DNA of 64,000 nt, taken from positions 1 to 64,000 of the IMG/VR virus record IMGVR_UViG_3300032236_002285; one strand, written 5' to 3'. The position numbers were made by a program, and so were the translations under genes. A model generated the notes under the pieces. That model worked only from the letters and a program-made list of their open reading frames with translations, did no database searches and was not told where the DNA came from. Numbering within the stretch: position 1 is the first letter of the stretch; each line of letters starts with the position of its first letter. This document shows positions 21,125-31,354 of the stretch, piece after piece.

Positions 21125-22258
21125 ATGAGACATATTAAAAAGTTCAATGAAACAAAAAAGTCAGAAAAAGTAAAAGACCAAGAGGTTCTTTTTAATGCTG
21201 AGGTTTTAGCTGATAAAGATGAGAAACCATCTTTTAAAACAGAAGTTGAAGACCAAGAAGAGGTTAAAAAAGAATTTGATAAGTTAAGAGGTAAAGTTGA
21301 GAAATTTGAAAACTTTATCATCGCTATCGAGATTGAACCTACTGATGAACTTGAAAAAGAAATAGAATCTGAATATGAAGAAGATAATGGTTGTGGTTGT
21401 TGTGATAACTGCACTGGTCAGCCTGGTTGTGATTGCGGTTGTGGTAACTGCACTTGTAGTGATGTTCAACATCCTGAAGAAGTTCAAGTTTTACCTGCTT
21501 CCCAGTTTGTTAACAATATGTTCGTTTTGCAGTTTTCTGAGAGTTTAAAGTTTCATTTAGATAATAATAAACCAATTACTGAAAATATATTCAGACCTGG
21601 TTCAGATGCTTTTTATGAAGTAATCAAAGAAGCAAGACAAATGTTTGATTTAGCTAAAGTTACTTTATGTGATGTTGATAAAGATATCTTTGAATCTACT
21701 GAGATTGGTAACTTTGCTATGTTCAAAGGTGAATTAGTTCCTTTAGATTTACCAATGGAAAGTATAGTTGAGACAAATCAACCAGCATTTTCTATACACG
21801 ATGTAACTCCTGATTTCAATTATGAGGTTATGGGTAAAACCGTTACAAATATTAAACCATTGGCTTGGACTAAAAATAAAGAGGCTTCTTGTATAACATT
21901 TGAAGGTGAGGTTGATGGTCAAACTTGTAAATGTAAATATGATGATGGTCAAGATGGATATGTATTTGAGGCTAAATATCAAGGAAAAGAAGTTAAATTA
22001 AACTACCCTATGAGAGGTGGTGCTAAGAAGTACCATGTTTTTGTGAAGACACCTAAAGGTAATGTTAAAAAGATTTCATTTGGTGATGTTCATGGTGGGT
22101 TAACGGCTAAGGTTAGTGATCCTAAAGCAAGAAAGTCATTTGCTGCCAGACATCAATGTGATATGAAGAAAGATAAAACTAAAGCTGGATATTGGGCTTG
22201 TAGAATTAATAAATATGGTCACCTATGGGGTGGCAAAACTTATCCTGGTTACTGGTAA
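21125..22258 (+). CDS. Multi-module protein: CTS-like N-terminus, Cys-rich segment, basic C-terminal domain (KSFAARHQC...AGYWAC)
   Basis: MRHIKKFNE; GCGCCDNCTGQPGCDCGCGNCTC; C-terminal domain resembles DUF6321-type phage proteins; AATATATA at 21089. Confidence 0.65.
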   Translation: MRHIKKFNETKKSEKVKDQEVLFNAEVLADKDEKPSFKTEVEDQEEVKKEFDKLRGKVEKFENFIIAIEIEPTDELEKEIESEYEEDNGCGCCDNCTGQPGCDCGCGNCTCSDVQHPEEVQVLPASQFVNNMFVLQFSESLKFHLDNNKPITENIFRPGSDAFYEVIKEARQMFDLAKVTLCDVDKDIFESTEIGNFAMFKGELVPLDLPMESIVETNQPAFSIHDVTPDFNYEVMGKTVTNIKPLAWTKNKEASCITFEGEVDGQTCKCKYDDGQDGYVFEAKYQGKEVKLNYPMRGGAKKYHVFVKTPKGNVKKISFGDVHGGLTAKVSDPKARKSFAARHQCDMKKDKTKAGYWACRINKYGHLWGGKTYPGYW

Positions 22259-22260
22259 TT

Positions 22261-22677
22261 ATGAAACACTTAAAAACATATCAAATATTTGAATCTGTTG
22301 ATAAAACATTTGTTAAAGATTTTTTAACAGATTTTGGCATACTTATGTCTCTTAATTTTAGTCAAATAACTAGAATGGGTAAAGATGCTGATGCTACAAA
22401 AGAGTTAACTCTTATGATGCAACAACTTAGAAAGCCAATAATAAATGGTCAAAATTATTTTGAATTTATTCAAGATAACATAAATAGTGTTTCAAATAAT
22501 CCTAAGTTACTTTCTACTATTTTAGGTATAGTAAGAGATTATTTAATCTATATAGAACCAAGAATTAAAAAGTTTGTAACTGATGAGCCATCTTCAAATG
22601 GTGTTAATTATAAAGAATCTTGGTTAAAAAGAATTGAAAAAATTAAAAACGACTATAAATTAATAGTAAGTCAATAA
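22261..22677 (+). CDS. Hypothetical protein with CTS-like N-terminus (MKHLKTYQIFES)
   Basis: Start moved to ATG 22261, directly after the upstream stop. Confidence 0.7.
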   Translation: MKHLKTYQIFESVDKTFVKDFLTDFGILMSLNFSQITRMGKDADATKELTLMMQQLRKPIINGQNYFEFIQDNINSVSNNPKLLSTILGIVRDYLIYIEPRIKKFVTDEPSSNGVNYKESWLKRIEKIKNDYKLIVSQ

Positions 22678-22678
22678 T

Positions 22679-22948
22679 ATGTCACTGCCATTCAAAGAAA
22701 CTAAATTAGGTGATAATACATTTATCAGAGAGTTCAAACAAGATACTGACTCTGGTGAGTTTATGTGGCATCGTGATAGAGAAGATAGAATAATTGAATC
22801 TATTGGCGAAACAGATTGGTTAATTCAAATTGATAATGAATTACCTAAAGAAATTAATAAAGAAGTGTTTATACCAATGGGTGTTTATCATAGATTGATA
22901 AAAGGTACAAATGATTTAAAGATAAAGTTAATAAAAAACCCATCTTAA
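22679..22948 (+). CDS. Small cupin-like protein
   Basis: WHRDREDR...FIPMGVYHRLIKG. Confidence 0.6.
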   Translation: MSLPFKETKLGDNTFIREFKQDTDSGEFMWHRDREDRIIESIGETDWLIQIDNELPKEINKEVFIPMGVYHRLIKGTNDLKIKLIKNPS

Positions 22949-22960
22949 AGATGGGTTTTT
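22934..22960. terminator. Bidirectional intrinsic terminator
   Basis: AAAAACCCATCTT-AAGATGGGTTTTT. Confidence 0.8.
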
Positions 22961-22963
22961 GTT

Positions 22964-24097
22964 TTAGTCAGCTTTGACTTTATAATTTTCATTGTATATT
23001 TTAATAACTTCATCAAATTCATTTACAATTCCTGATTTGAACTTATCATTATCATAAGATTGTTTTAAGATATACTCTTTGATATAATCTTCATATTCTA
23101 ATTGAACTGATATTTCCATTCCATTCTCATCAAATTCAACTTCATTAGATTCATTTACTTCTTCACCATCTACTAACTCTTTAGTAATGTCATCAATATA
23201 CTCTACTGAAGCAAAGTTACCTTTCTCTAACATAACTTCTAACTTTCTACGAAGCTTTCTGTTGTTGATTAATAAGTTATTTGAAATAGCCAAATCAATA
23301 TAATCTTTAGTATCTCTTAACTCATCTAAGTTATCAACATCTTCTTCTGTAACAACTCTAAATTTTCTAAATACAGGAGAAACATTATTTGGAAAAAATT
23401 CTTCAGTGTCATCATCTGTGTTTATTACAAAAATACCTTTTTGGTCACCTATGTCATTTCTGTCCATTTGAAATATAGAACCTACGAATGTAAATTGTTT
23501 ATTTGATTGAATTAAATGTATATGACCTGACCTAACTTTTTTGAATGATATGAAGTCGCTTATGTCTATTTTATCAGCATTTTTATGAGCAACTGATGTT
23601 AGGTGCATTTTACAACCATTTAGATCAGAGTGACAGAATAGATAATCACAGTTTTTATTATCATCTATGGCTTTTATTTGATCTAATCTTTTTTCAAAGA
23701 AAGGCATCATAAGTATTTTTAAACCATTGTATTCTATTACTTCGGTAGAGTTATAAACTTTAACATTTGGTATGTATCTAAATGGTCTTACTGAGTTAAT
23801 TTCGGAAGCACTTTTTGACCATAAGTCGTGATTTCCAATAATAATATGAAGAGGAGCAATTTTAGATATCTCTTCTACAACATCCATTCCATAATTAAGT
23901 AAGTTAATTGGAATAATGTTTCTATTATCAAAAAGGTCACCTAAGTGAACTATTATATCACCTGGTTTTACTTCTTTTTTAAGAAGGGGTATTAAAAATT
24001 TACTAAAGTATTCTTGGTGTACTTTGAACCATTTATCAACACTGTTTGGGTAGCCAAGACCTATATGTGTGTCACCTATTAGAAATATTTTACTCAT
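22964..24097 (-). CDS. gp47: Recombination endonuclease subunit (Mre11/SbcD-like)
   Basis: GDTHIG, HLGDLFD, GNHD, SGHIH metallophosphoesterase motifs. Confidence 0.85.
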   Translation of the reverse strand: MSKIFLIGDTHIGLGYPNSVDKWFKVHQEYFSKFLIPLLKKEVKPGDIIVHLGDLFDNRNIIPINLLNYGMDVVEEISKIAPLHIIIGNHDLWSKSASEINSVRPFRYIPNVKVYNSTEVIEYNGLKILMMPFFEKRLDQIKAIDDNKNCDYLFCHSDLNGCKMHLTSVAHKNADKIDISDFISFKKVRSGHIHLIQSNKQFTFVGSIFQMDRNDIGDQKGIFVINTDDDTEEFFPNNVSPVFRKFRVVTEEDVDNLDELRDTKDYIDLAISNNLLINNRKLRRKLEVMLEKGNFASVEYIDDITKELVDGEEVNESNEVEFDENGMEISVQLEYEDYIKEYILKQSYDNDKFKSGIVNEFDEVIKIYNENYKVKAD

Positions 24098-24166
24098 GTG
24101 TAAAAGGACGGAATTATTTTTTAATATATAGATATATTAGTTTATATTAAAAAAATAAGAATAGTT

Positions 24167-24967
24167 ATGATATATGATAAGAATTTCGTTTATTTCCTTG
24201 GATTCCTTTGGTCCGATGGTAATATTGAGAGATATAGAACAGTTTTGGAAATAGTTGAGGATGATGCTCTAGATATAGTTGAAGATATAAAGCTTATAAG
24301 TTTTCTAAATATTAAAACTATGAACCGTGTTAGAAAAAATAGAAGACCTCAGATGTCCATTTATTTTTGTGACTCTAAGTTCTATGATAGTTATCAATCA
24401 AAATATTTTATTGATAAAAGTGTAAAGGCACCGCTTGATTTACTATCTGATATACCCGTTGATTTGGTTAGGTATTTTTATCTTGGTCTTATTGATGGTG
24501 ATGGATGTTTTTATTTTAATGAGAAGAATAAATCAAGACAATTTTATATCACATCTTGTTATGATCAAGATTGGTCACATATAGAAGACTTATTTATATC
24601 ATTGAATATTAAACAATATGAGATTAGAAGAACAATTAATAAAAATGGAAATAGTAGTTCATATATAAGAATAAAAAAACATCAAGAAATAGAAATTCTA
24701 TATGAATATTTATATCCTATTGGATATGAGATAGGTTTAAAAAGAAAGTATAATAAGTGTAAAAGTATTGTTGATAATAAGCCTAAAAATTCATCTAATA
24801 AATCCAATATAGATACTGATTTGTTAATATCAAAAATAAACGAAGGTTTGGATATAATAGATATTGCCAACCATTTTGAGTGTAATTGGAGAAAGATATA
24901 CAATTGTTGTAAGAAAAACAATATATCTTATAATAGAGGTTTCTTTAAAAGAACTAGAAAAGTTTAA
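24167..24967 (+). mobile_element. Free-standing LAGLIDADG homing endonuclease
   Basis: YFLGFLWSDG and FYLGLIDGDG motifs; C-terminal HTH-like segment. Confidence 0.8.
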
Positions 24968-25299
24968 TCTTTTCTTCTGGCTTCTCTAGCACATTTCTCA
25001 CATCCACTACCTGCATATAAGTGAGCATTTGGTGTTTGTTCAAACTCACCATGTATAGGACATATTATTTTGACTTTAGTTCTACAGTTCTCATAAAGAA
25101 CTAAGTCGTAGTTATACTTATAGTTATGTTTAATATTTGACTTTTCAACAAATTCTTTACTCTTTTTACTTCTTCTATTAAGAGCTTTTAATTCTTTTGA
25201 TATGGCTTTTTCTTTAGACTTGCAATTTTTATTACAAAACTTTCTATCGGGTCTACCCCAAATAATCTCTTTATTGCAATATCTATAGTTACAGTTCAT
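24964..25299 (-). CDS. Zn-binding homing-endonuclease-associated protein (DUF723-like); no nuclease domain evident
   Basis: CNYRYC...KFCNKNC; KVKIICPIHGEFEQTPNAHL...GCEKC. Confidence 0.65.
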   Translation of the reverse strand: MNCNYRYCNKEIIWGRPDRKFCNKNCKSKEKAISKELKALNRRSKKSKEFVEKSNIKHNYKYNYDLVLYENCRTKVKIICPIHGEFEQTPNAHLYAGSGCEKCAREARRKD

Positions 25300-25412
25300 A
25301 TACTATTTATTAAATAGTGGAAATGGCATTTTTTACAACATAATATTTTAAAATAGAGCTAAAGAGAGAAAGAAGAAAAATATATAATTTATAAAAAATA
25401 ATTTAAAAAAAT

Positions 25413-26033
25413 ATGCCATTACCACACTTCACTCAACTTTTAAACACCGGTTCACCGGGTGGACCAGGTACGTTACCTGATGAAGTAGTATATACAAATT
25501 TGTTTGAGACGACATTTGTATTACCTGTAATTTTACAGGCTCAAGGTAGAAACCCTATCTTACTTCTTCAAAATGCGTTGAATATAGATTTTAACTTAAC
25601 AGAATTTGATGTTGCGGTTAAAGAACAAAGATTTAAATATTCAACAAGAGCGTTTTTAACAACTCCTACAAAAACTTCTGGTTCATTTAACATTAAGTTT
25701 AATGTTAACGTAAATCAACAAGGTTCTATGGAGACTTGGAACGCAATGAAAGCTTGGTACGATTTAGTATTTAACTCACAAAATGGTACACTTCACTATA
25801 AATCTGATATCATTGGTACAATTATTGTTAACCAACATGATAAAAAAGGTGTTGTTTTAAGACGTGTAACATTCCAAAACTGCCAAATCAGTAAGTTACA
25901 AGGTTATTCACTTGATTGGTCATCTAATAATATTATTGAATCAGTTCAAGCAGACTTTATCTATGATTACTTCATTGATGAATATATTGATAACAACTTT
26001 ACTATTAATCCTCCGATTGTATCTGGATACTAA
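25413..26033 (+). CDS. gp19: Tail tube protein
   Basis: MPLPHF start, AWYDLVFN...YKSDIIG...QHDKKG...LDWSS...FIYDYF pattern of T4-like tubes; close to the sheath gene. Confidence 0.8.
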   Translation: MPLPHFTQLLNTGSPGGPGTLPDEVVYTNLFETTFVLPVILQAQGRNPILLLQNALNIDFNLTEFDVAVKEQRFKYSTRAFLTTPTKTSGSFNIKFNVNVNQQGSMETWNAMKAWYDLVFNSQNGTLHYKSDIIGTIIVNQHDKKGVVLRRVTFQNCQISKLQGYSLDWSSNNIIESVQADFIYDYFIDEYIDNNFTINPPIVSGY

Positions 26034-26049
26034 GAATAGTGTTAAAAAT

Positions 26050-26111
26050 AAAAACCCATCTTTTAGATGGGTTTTTTTATGCACTAAAAAACCCACTTTT
26101 CAGTGGGTTTA
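26050..26111. terminator. Tandem pair of intrinsic terminators
   Basis: AAAACCCATCT..AGATGGGTTTT and AAAACCCACT..AGTGGGTTTT. Confidence 0.8.
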
Positions 26112-26117
26112 ATTATT

Positions 26118-26369
26118 TTAGAATTTTGGAATATTATTTGTCATATTTGAAGCATTTTTCATCATTGAATTAGCATCAAAGTTAGGCATTCCTTTTTGTT
26201 GTTCTTGCTCTTGTTTCTTTCTACTTGTTTCTTCTTCCTCAACAATTTCATTTACTAACTTAATGTTTTCTTCAAACATCCAGAAAGGCCACTCATCCAT
26301 AGCCATTTCTTGAGTGTGAAAATGCTTTTGTAAAAGAAGCTTATTCTTTAATATATGCTTCAAAGGCAT
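26118..26369 (-). CDS. Baseplate hub assembly protein (gp51-like)
   Basis: LQKHFH...MDEWPFWMFE motif; overlaps the 3' end of the gp26-like gene; start set at ATG 26369. Confidence 0.6.
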   Translation of the reverse strand: MPLKHILKNKLLLQKHFHTQEMAMDEWPFWMFEENIKLVNEIVEEEETSRKKQEQEQQKGMPNFDANSMMKNASNMTNNIPKF

Positions 26370-27279
26370 CGTGAATAACGAAAATACCTGACGCTCCGTT
26401 GGGAAATTGCATATCTGTGTGGACCTCCTCACCACACGAACAAGTTTTCTTCAATTCTTTGATACCAAATGTCATTTTACTAACTGCTGCATTTAAGAAT
26501 TGGAATGAAATATCATCAATCTCTTCAAACTCTTTCAATTTAGATTTAATACCTTCGTATGTTATTGAAGATCTACCTGTTAGCATGAAAGGAATAATCT
26601 TTAAGAAAGATAAGTTTGGAGTTCTTTTCTCGTTATTTTCTTTTAAGATATAATCTGTGAATGCTTTTTGTAGACCGATGTTCGGTGGAGTTAATTCAAA
26701 CTCTTTTCCATTTACTGTTCTAAAGTGATAAGATCTTGTAGAAGCACTGAAGTACTTGTCAAGTTTCTCATCAATTTCATGAAATGAAAAGTTTTCTCTT
26801 TTTAATTCCAATTGTAATTCATTTCCACAACCGCATCTTGTAGTTACTGTTAATGAATTGCCTTGTTGGAATGTTAATTCTCTAACTAAGAATATTAAGA
26901 ATAATCTATCTTGGTCTTTTATTTCAAGGTAAGAACTCATTCTACCATCTGAGTATTTAATTCTAACACAAGATTGTAGAATATCATTCATTTTTTCAAC
27001 AATATCATAGAAGTTTTGATCATCAACCATTGAATATGCTTGAATTTCTTTTACCTGAGCTGGTCTCACCATAAATATAGTACCTGCTGGATAAAAATCA
27101 CCACAAGGTAATTCTTTAATATCAAAATTAAAAAACTGAAGATCTGTAGTTCTTGTGTTGTCAATTTTTGGTTGTTCTACAAATGGAATATCAGAGTTAC
27201 TTTGACTCTTAGAAGCTTCTAAATTACCAAGATGTTTCTTTAAGTAATCTTCTTCGCTCATATTATTTTGTTCAGACAT
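26341..27279 (-). CDS. gp26: Baseplate hub subunit / tail assembly chaperone (gp26-like)
   Basis: ELPCG..FY, VRPAQVKE, DRLFLIFLVRELT, CGCG and CSCG Zn motifs. Confidence 0.65.
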   Translation of the reverse strand: MSEQNNMSEEDYLKKHLGNLEASKSQSNSDIPFVEQPKIDNTRTTDLQFFNFDIKELPCGDFYPAGTIFMVRPAQVKEIQAYSMVDDQNFYDIVEKMNDILQSCVRIKYSDGRMSSYLEIKDQDRLFLIFLVRELTFQQGNSLTVTTRCGCGNELQLELKRENFSFHEIDEKLDKYFSASTRSYHFRTVNGKEFELTPPNIGLQKAFTDYILKENNEKRTPNLSFLKIIPFMLTGRSSITYEGIKSKLKEFEEIDDISFQFLNAAVSKMTFGIKELKKTCSCGEEVHTDMQFPNGASGIFVIHDAFEAYIKE

Positions 27280-27350
27280 ATTAATTATTTATTTTTTATT
27301 ATATATTCGTGGGTTTATTATCCCTTGAATTCACCTTATGGTTATAATAA

Positions 27351-27383
27351 AAAAAAGAGGAAAGTTTTCACTTTCCTCTTTTT
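27351..27383 (-). terminator. Intrinsic terminator after the sheath gene
   Basis: AAAAAGAGGAAAG...CTTTCCTCTTTTT. Confidence 0.75.
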
Positions 27384-27402
27384 AGTATAAATTTAATGTT
27401 TA

Positions 27403-30400
27403 TTATCCGTTTATGAATCCACCTGCTGAGATAGCACCTGTTCTCAAGATTGTAATATTATTTACAATAATACCCATACCCTTGATTGGTTCAACATAAG
27501 TATCAAGAACACCAATTTGGTTGTCAATGATTTCACTTGTGTTATTTTCTTCATCCATTTTGTTAAAGTAGTTATATAAACCATTCTTACTTACATAAGT
27601 TTCACAGATAACGTCTGCTCTAAGTTTAATTTCTGATCTAACATCAGGTGTATTAAATTTCCATTGGAAGTCTAATAACATTCTTGATAATTCTCTCTCA
27701 AGTTCAATCAACACCTCTCTAACGTGTAAGTATGAAAGAGCTGATTTGTAAAGTGTTTGAGCTGTATTTTCAGTTTCAATTACATTTCCTCTGTTTCTCT
27801 TGAACACAATTGGGTTCATTTGAGCACCATTTATGTATTCGATATCAGTTGGAGTGAAATCCATTTCAGTTTTTGTAATGTTAGTGATTCTACCATTAGT
27901 AACACCTGCTGCGATTGTCCAAGGAGTAACACCACTTACATTAGAGATGTGTTTTCTCATATAAGTTGAAGCTACCCAAGCTGCTGGTGGTACATCTATT
28001 GGTCTACCATTGTCATCAACTGTAACATAAGGCATAAAGTAACCTACTGAAGTTGAACCTAATCCATCACCAAAAGAGTAAAGGAATGCAGGAGAGCTTG
28101 TTGGGTCACCGCCTTCTGCTACATAGTCAAGTCTAAGAGTACCATATGTAGGAGATGTTGGGTCATTGTCCATAAATGATGGAGATGTTGAGTTCTTGAA
28201 CTCCTTCATAGAAGGCATATTAATAATTCCAAGAGCGTCTAATCTTTCACCACAAATATCTACTAATTGTTGTTTAGATCTTTCAGTTAAACCAAGACCG
28301 AATGAGTCGATTAAATATCTAAAGTCAATAGCTTCTTTGTTAGTTATTGCTTTGAATAAAGGAGTTCCTTTAGCAACAATATTTAATATTGTATTTTGTC
28401 TTGATTCAGTACCGTCAGGTAAAGAAGCTGTTCTGATTCTAAATCCTTTCATAGCAATACCTTTGTAAGTAAGAGCATAGTCTTCAATTGCTGTATATCT
28501 AGTTGTTTCTAAACGTCCACCATAGTTAACTTTATAAATCTTATCATCACAAGTGATTTCAGATAATGTTGAGTCACCACTGTAAGCTTTCTTAGTTAGA
28601 ATTCTTGTAAGTTTTCTAGGTACACCAGCTTCAGGTGTTGTATTCCAACCTTCTGCTAATAAGAAGTTACCAGGAACGATTTCAGTATATCTACTTGACT
28701 TAACAAGTATTTTATTAGCCACTTGAACATATCCAGAAGGAACTTCAATTTCAACTGTTTGAGTGAAGTTTGATTTTTCTGATTGAATATAGATAGTATT
28801 ATTAGCTATTATATCAAGAGCTGTATTACCACTGAATGCAGCATCATCAAAGAATCCAACATAAAGATCTCCACTATTTAGATACATTTTAATAAATTTC
28901 TTATTAATGTAGTCATAAATTTCAGAAACATTCATAACTTCTTCATATACTACAGCCTCACTAACTTCATAAGCAAAATAACCACTATAACCTAAGTGAG
29001 TTGCTAAAGTTGCAGGTGCAGTATTTGATGCTATTATAAATGAACCAGTATTTTTTGTAGAATCTGGAACAATAAATTGTTCATATACATTGAAGGCTGG
29101 GTCAACAGCACCATCAAATATAACATAATTATGACCAGCATATGCAGATGTTGCACCTGTAGCTGTTTCACCATCAATGAATATAATAGTGTAAGTTTCG
29201 CCGTTTTGTATCATTGACTGAGGAACTCTATTAGTATAGAAGAAATCACCAGTGTTGATAATACCATCATAGTAGTTTGTGTAGTATTTAGAGTATAAAC
29301 CTACGACACCATCTGAAGTTGTAGCAGCTTCCATTTTAGTAGTCATAGAATCTTCACCCATTATAAGTTCATTATCTACTGTGTAAACTACAAAGAAACC
29401 AGCAAGTATATCAGATAATTGACCACTTGATAATCCTGTATTTAATACAAATGATTTGTTAGCAGTTGTTGTAGTAACAATATTTGTTATTGTCATTCCT
29501 GATAAGCTAACTTTATCAAAGTTATTAGCTGGACCAAGATTTAATACCATTTTGTCTTTGTTAACTGAACTAATAAGACTTACCAACTTGTTGAATAATT
29601 TAATTCTTCTATATTGTTGGTAGTTAGCACTTGTAGGTGTTGCGTTAGTGTTCATAAATTCTACCTTGATAGAACCAGAACCTAAGTTAGTGATATGATA
29701 ATCATCAGAACCACCTGTACCATAACTAAGATCTACAAAACTATTTAAGTCTACGTTTACATCTGTTATAGTAAGTGAGTTAGGTATAATTTGACCGTTA
29801 ATCATTCTAAAGTTAGCATAACCTAGAACGATATCAGTTGCTGGAACTGATGGGTGTGTAGTATTTACACCCGATGTTGAACCAGTTGTGTTAGAAACCA
29901 TTGTTATAGCTCCTGTGCTATCCAATACAAATGTAGATACAAATGATAATGTAGCTGAAGAAACTGAATAGTCAGTTGCACTTATAGTTAATGATGTTGT
30001 TGCAGAAACCGGAACTTGAACATCACCTATCATAGCAAAGGCATTATCTGCTACATTGTAGGTAACTACGATAGAAGCAGAAGCTGATGATGTAGCACCA
30101 TTTCTTGTTACGTTATACACATAACCTTCACCAAACCAGAATGTTCTGTTTTCACCATATGCGATTACACCAGTGCTTTCAGGGCCATTACCATTATCAA
30201 ATGCGTGGTATGGTTGTCCATTATAGTTGTATGTTACGTTTGTTAAAGCTGTAACGTTACCTGGTAAGTCTAATGGAGTATTTGTAATTTCAATAGACTC
30301 TGCGATTGTTTCTTTATAAGACAAGAACTCAATTGATGATTCATCAATACCTGCAGTTGTTTGACCTACTAAGTCTAATAAACCGTTGTAGTAATCTGTT

Positions 30401-31293
30401 TCAACTAAATCTGAGTTAAAAGCGCAGAATAAACCAGTTTTATCTGTATCTCTGTTAATTGTTGTTTCAATAAAAATATTAGTACCGTTGGCATCTCTAA
30501 AATATGGAATTAATGACAATCCTTGATAATAAGCTAATAAAGTAACATTTCTATCATTAGCGAAGTTTCCAATCTGTTCTTTAATAAGACCAGATGTGTT
30601 GAAGTAAGATTTCCATCTATTGTCAACTGCTAAAGTTTGGTAATCAGTCCAATCACCACCTACAACTAAAACATCTACTAAGTAGTCAGATGCCCAGTCA
30701 TTAGCATTTACATATGGCGGAAGTTTTTCTTGAGAACCATACCATTCGATAAGAGTTCTGTCGAAACCAGTTCTAGCACTTTTAATGATAAATGTAGTAA
30801 TATATTTATCAGAAAGATTAGTGATATTGAAAGCTCTCTCAGTATAACCAGTATTACCTTTAGTTAAATTGATGAAAGATTCTGTATCTCTTTTCCAGAA
30901 GCCAGTAGTGTCAAAGAATCTTCTGTATGCACCACTTCTTTCGATGTCGTTCATATATCCAGCAGAAGCTGATAATGATTTATAATCAATAACATCAAGA
31001 GTATCATCTGTACTTAAAAGATTGATAGCGTATACCGGAGCAGATTCTAACATTTTTTGGATAGTTCTGTGGAAAAATGAACCTTTTCTTTCCAAGCCTC
31101 TGTCAAGTTGACCAAATATCGACTCTAGGTCGCTAAGAGTTGTAAGTCTAATAGGTGTGTTTACTGGTCCTTTTTTAGAAACACCAATAACCATATTAGT
31201 AATACCCTCAACAACAGGAGATGTTATAATTGAATTATCATACTCTTCTATGAAGATTCCTGGTCTTTTGTATTTTCCAATTTGAATTGCCAT
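27403..31293 (-). CDS. gp18: Tail sheath protein (extended, 1296 aa)
   Basis: PGIFIEEYD, KGPVNTP, PWTIAAG..NG, LSYLHVRE, FNTPDVR, ENNTSEIID, YVEP. Confidence 0.92.
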   Translation of the reverse strand: MAIQIGKYKRPGIFIEEYDNSIITSPVVEGITNMVIGVSKKGPVNTPIRLTTLSDLESIFGQLDRGLERKGSFFHRTIQKMLESAPVYAINLLSTDDTLDVIDYKSLSASAGYMNDIERSGAYRRFFDTTGFWKRDTESFINLTKGNTGYTERAFNITNLSDKYITTFIIKSARTGFDRTLIEWYGSQEKLPPYVNANDWASDYLVDVLVVGGDWTDYQTLAVDNRWKSYFNTSGLIKEQIGNFANDRNVTLLAYYQGLSLIPYFRDANGTNIFIETTINRDTDKTGLFCAFNSDLVETDYYNGLLDLVGQTTAGIDESSIEFLSYKETIAESIEITNTPLDLPGNVTALTNVTYNYNGQPYHAFDNGNGPESTGVIAYGENRTFWFGEGYVYNVTRNGATSSASASIVVTYNVADNAFAMIGDVQVPVSATTSLTISATDYSVSSATLSFVSTFVLDSTGAITMVSNTTGSTSGVNTTHPSVPATDIVLGYANFRMINGQIIPNSLTITDVNVDLNSFVDLSYGTGGSDDYHITNLGSGSIKVEFMNTNATPTSANYQQYRRIKLFNKLVSLISSVNKDKMVLNLGPANNFDKVSLSGMTITNIVTTTTANKSFVLNTGLSSGQLSDILAGFFVVYTVDNELIMGEDSMTTKMEAATTSDGVVGLYSKYYTNYYDGIINTGDFFYTNRVPQSMIQNGETYTIIFIDGETATGATSAYAGHNYVIFDGAVDPAFNVYEQFIVPDSTKNTGSFIIASNTAPATLATHLGYSGYFAYEVSEAVVYEEVMNVSEIYDYINKKFIKMYLNSGDLYVGFFDDAAFSGNTALDIIANNTIYIQSEKSNFTQTVEIEVPSGYVQVANKILVKSSRYTEIVPGNFLLAEGWNTTPEAGVPRKLTRILTKKAYSGDSTLSEITCDDKIYKVNYGGRLETTRYTAIEDYALTYKGIAMKGFRIRTASLPDGTESRQNTILNIVAKGTPLFKAITNKEAIDFRYLIDSFGLGLTERSKQQLVDICGERLDALGIINMPSMKEFKNSTSPSFMDNDPTSPTYGTLRLDYVAEGGDPTSSPAFLYSFGDGLGSTSVGYFMPYVTVDDNGRPIDVPPAAWVASTYMRKHISNVSGVTPWTIAAGVTNGRITNITKTEMDFTPTDIEYINGAQMNPIVFKRNRGNVIETENTAQTLYKSALSYLHVREVLIELERELSRMLLDFQWKFNTPDVRSEIKLRADVICETYVSKNGLYNYFNKMDEENNTSEIIDNQIGVLDTYVEPIKGMGIIVNNITILRTGAISAGGFING

Positions 31294-31354
31294 ATTTTTA
31301 ATATTTTTTTTTATGTTATAGAGTATATATAAAATGTAAAAAATGATATTTTTT

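Noticed and set aside
26341-26435. Programmed frameshift fusing gp26-like and gp51-like ORFs
   Set aside because: Frames overlap but no canonical slippery heptamer is seen, and ATG 26369 explains the second ORF
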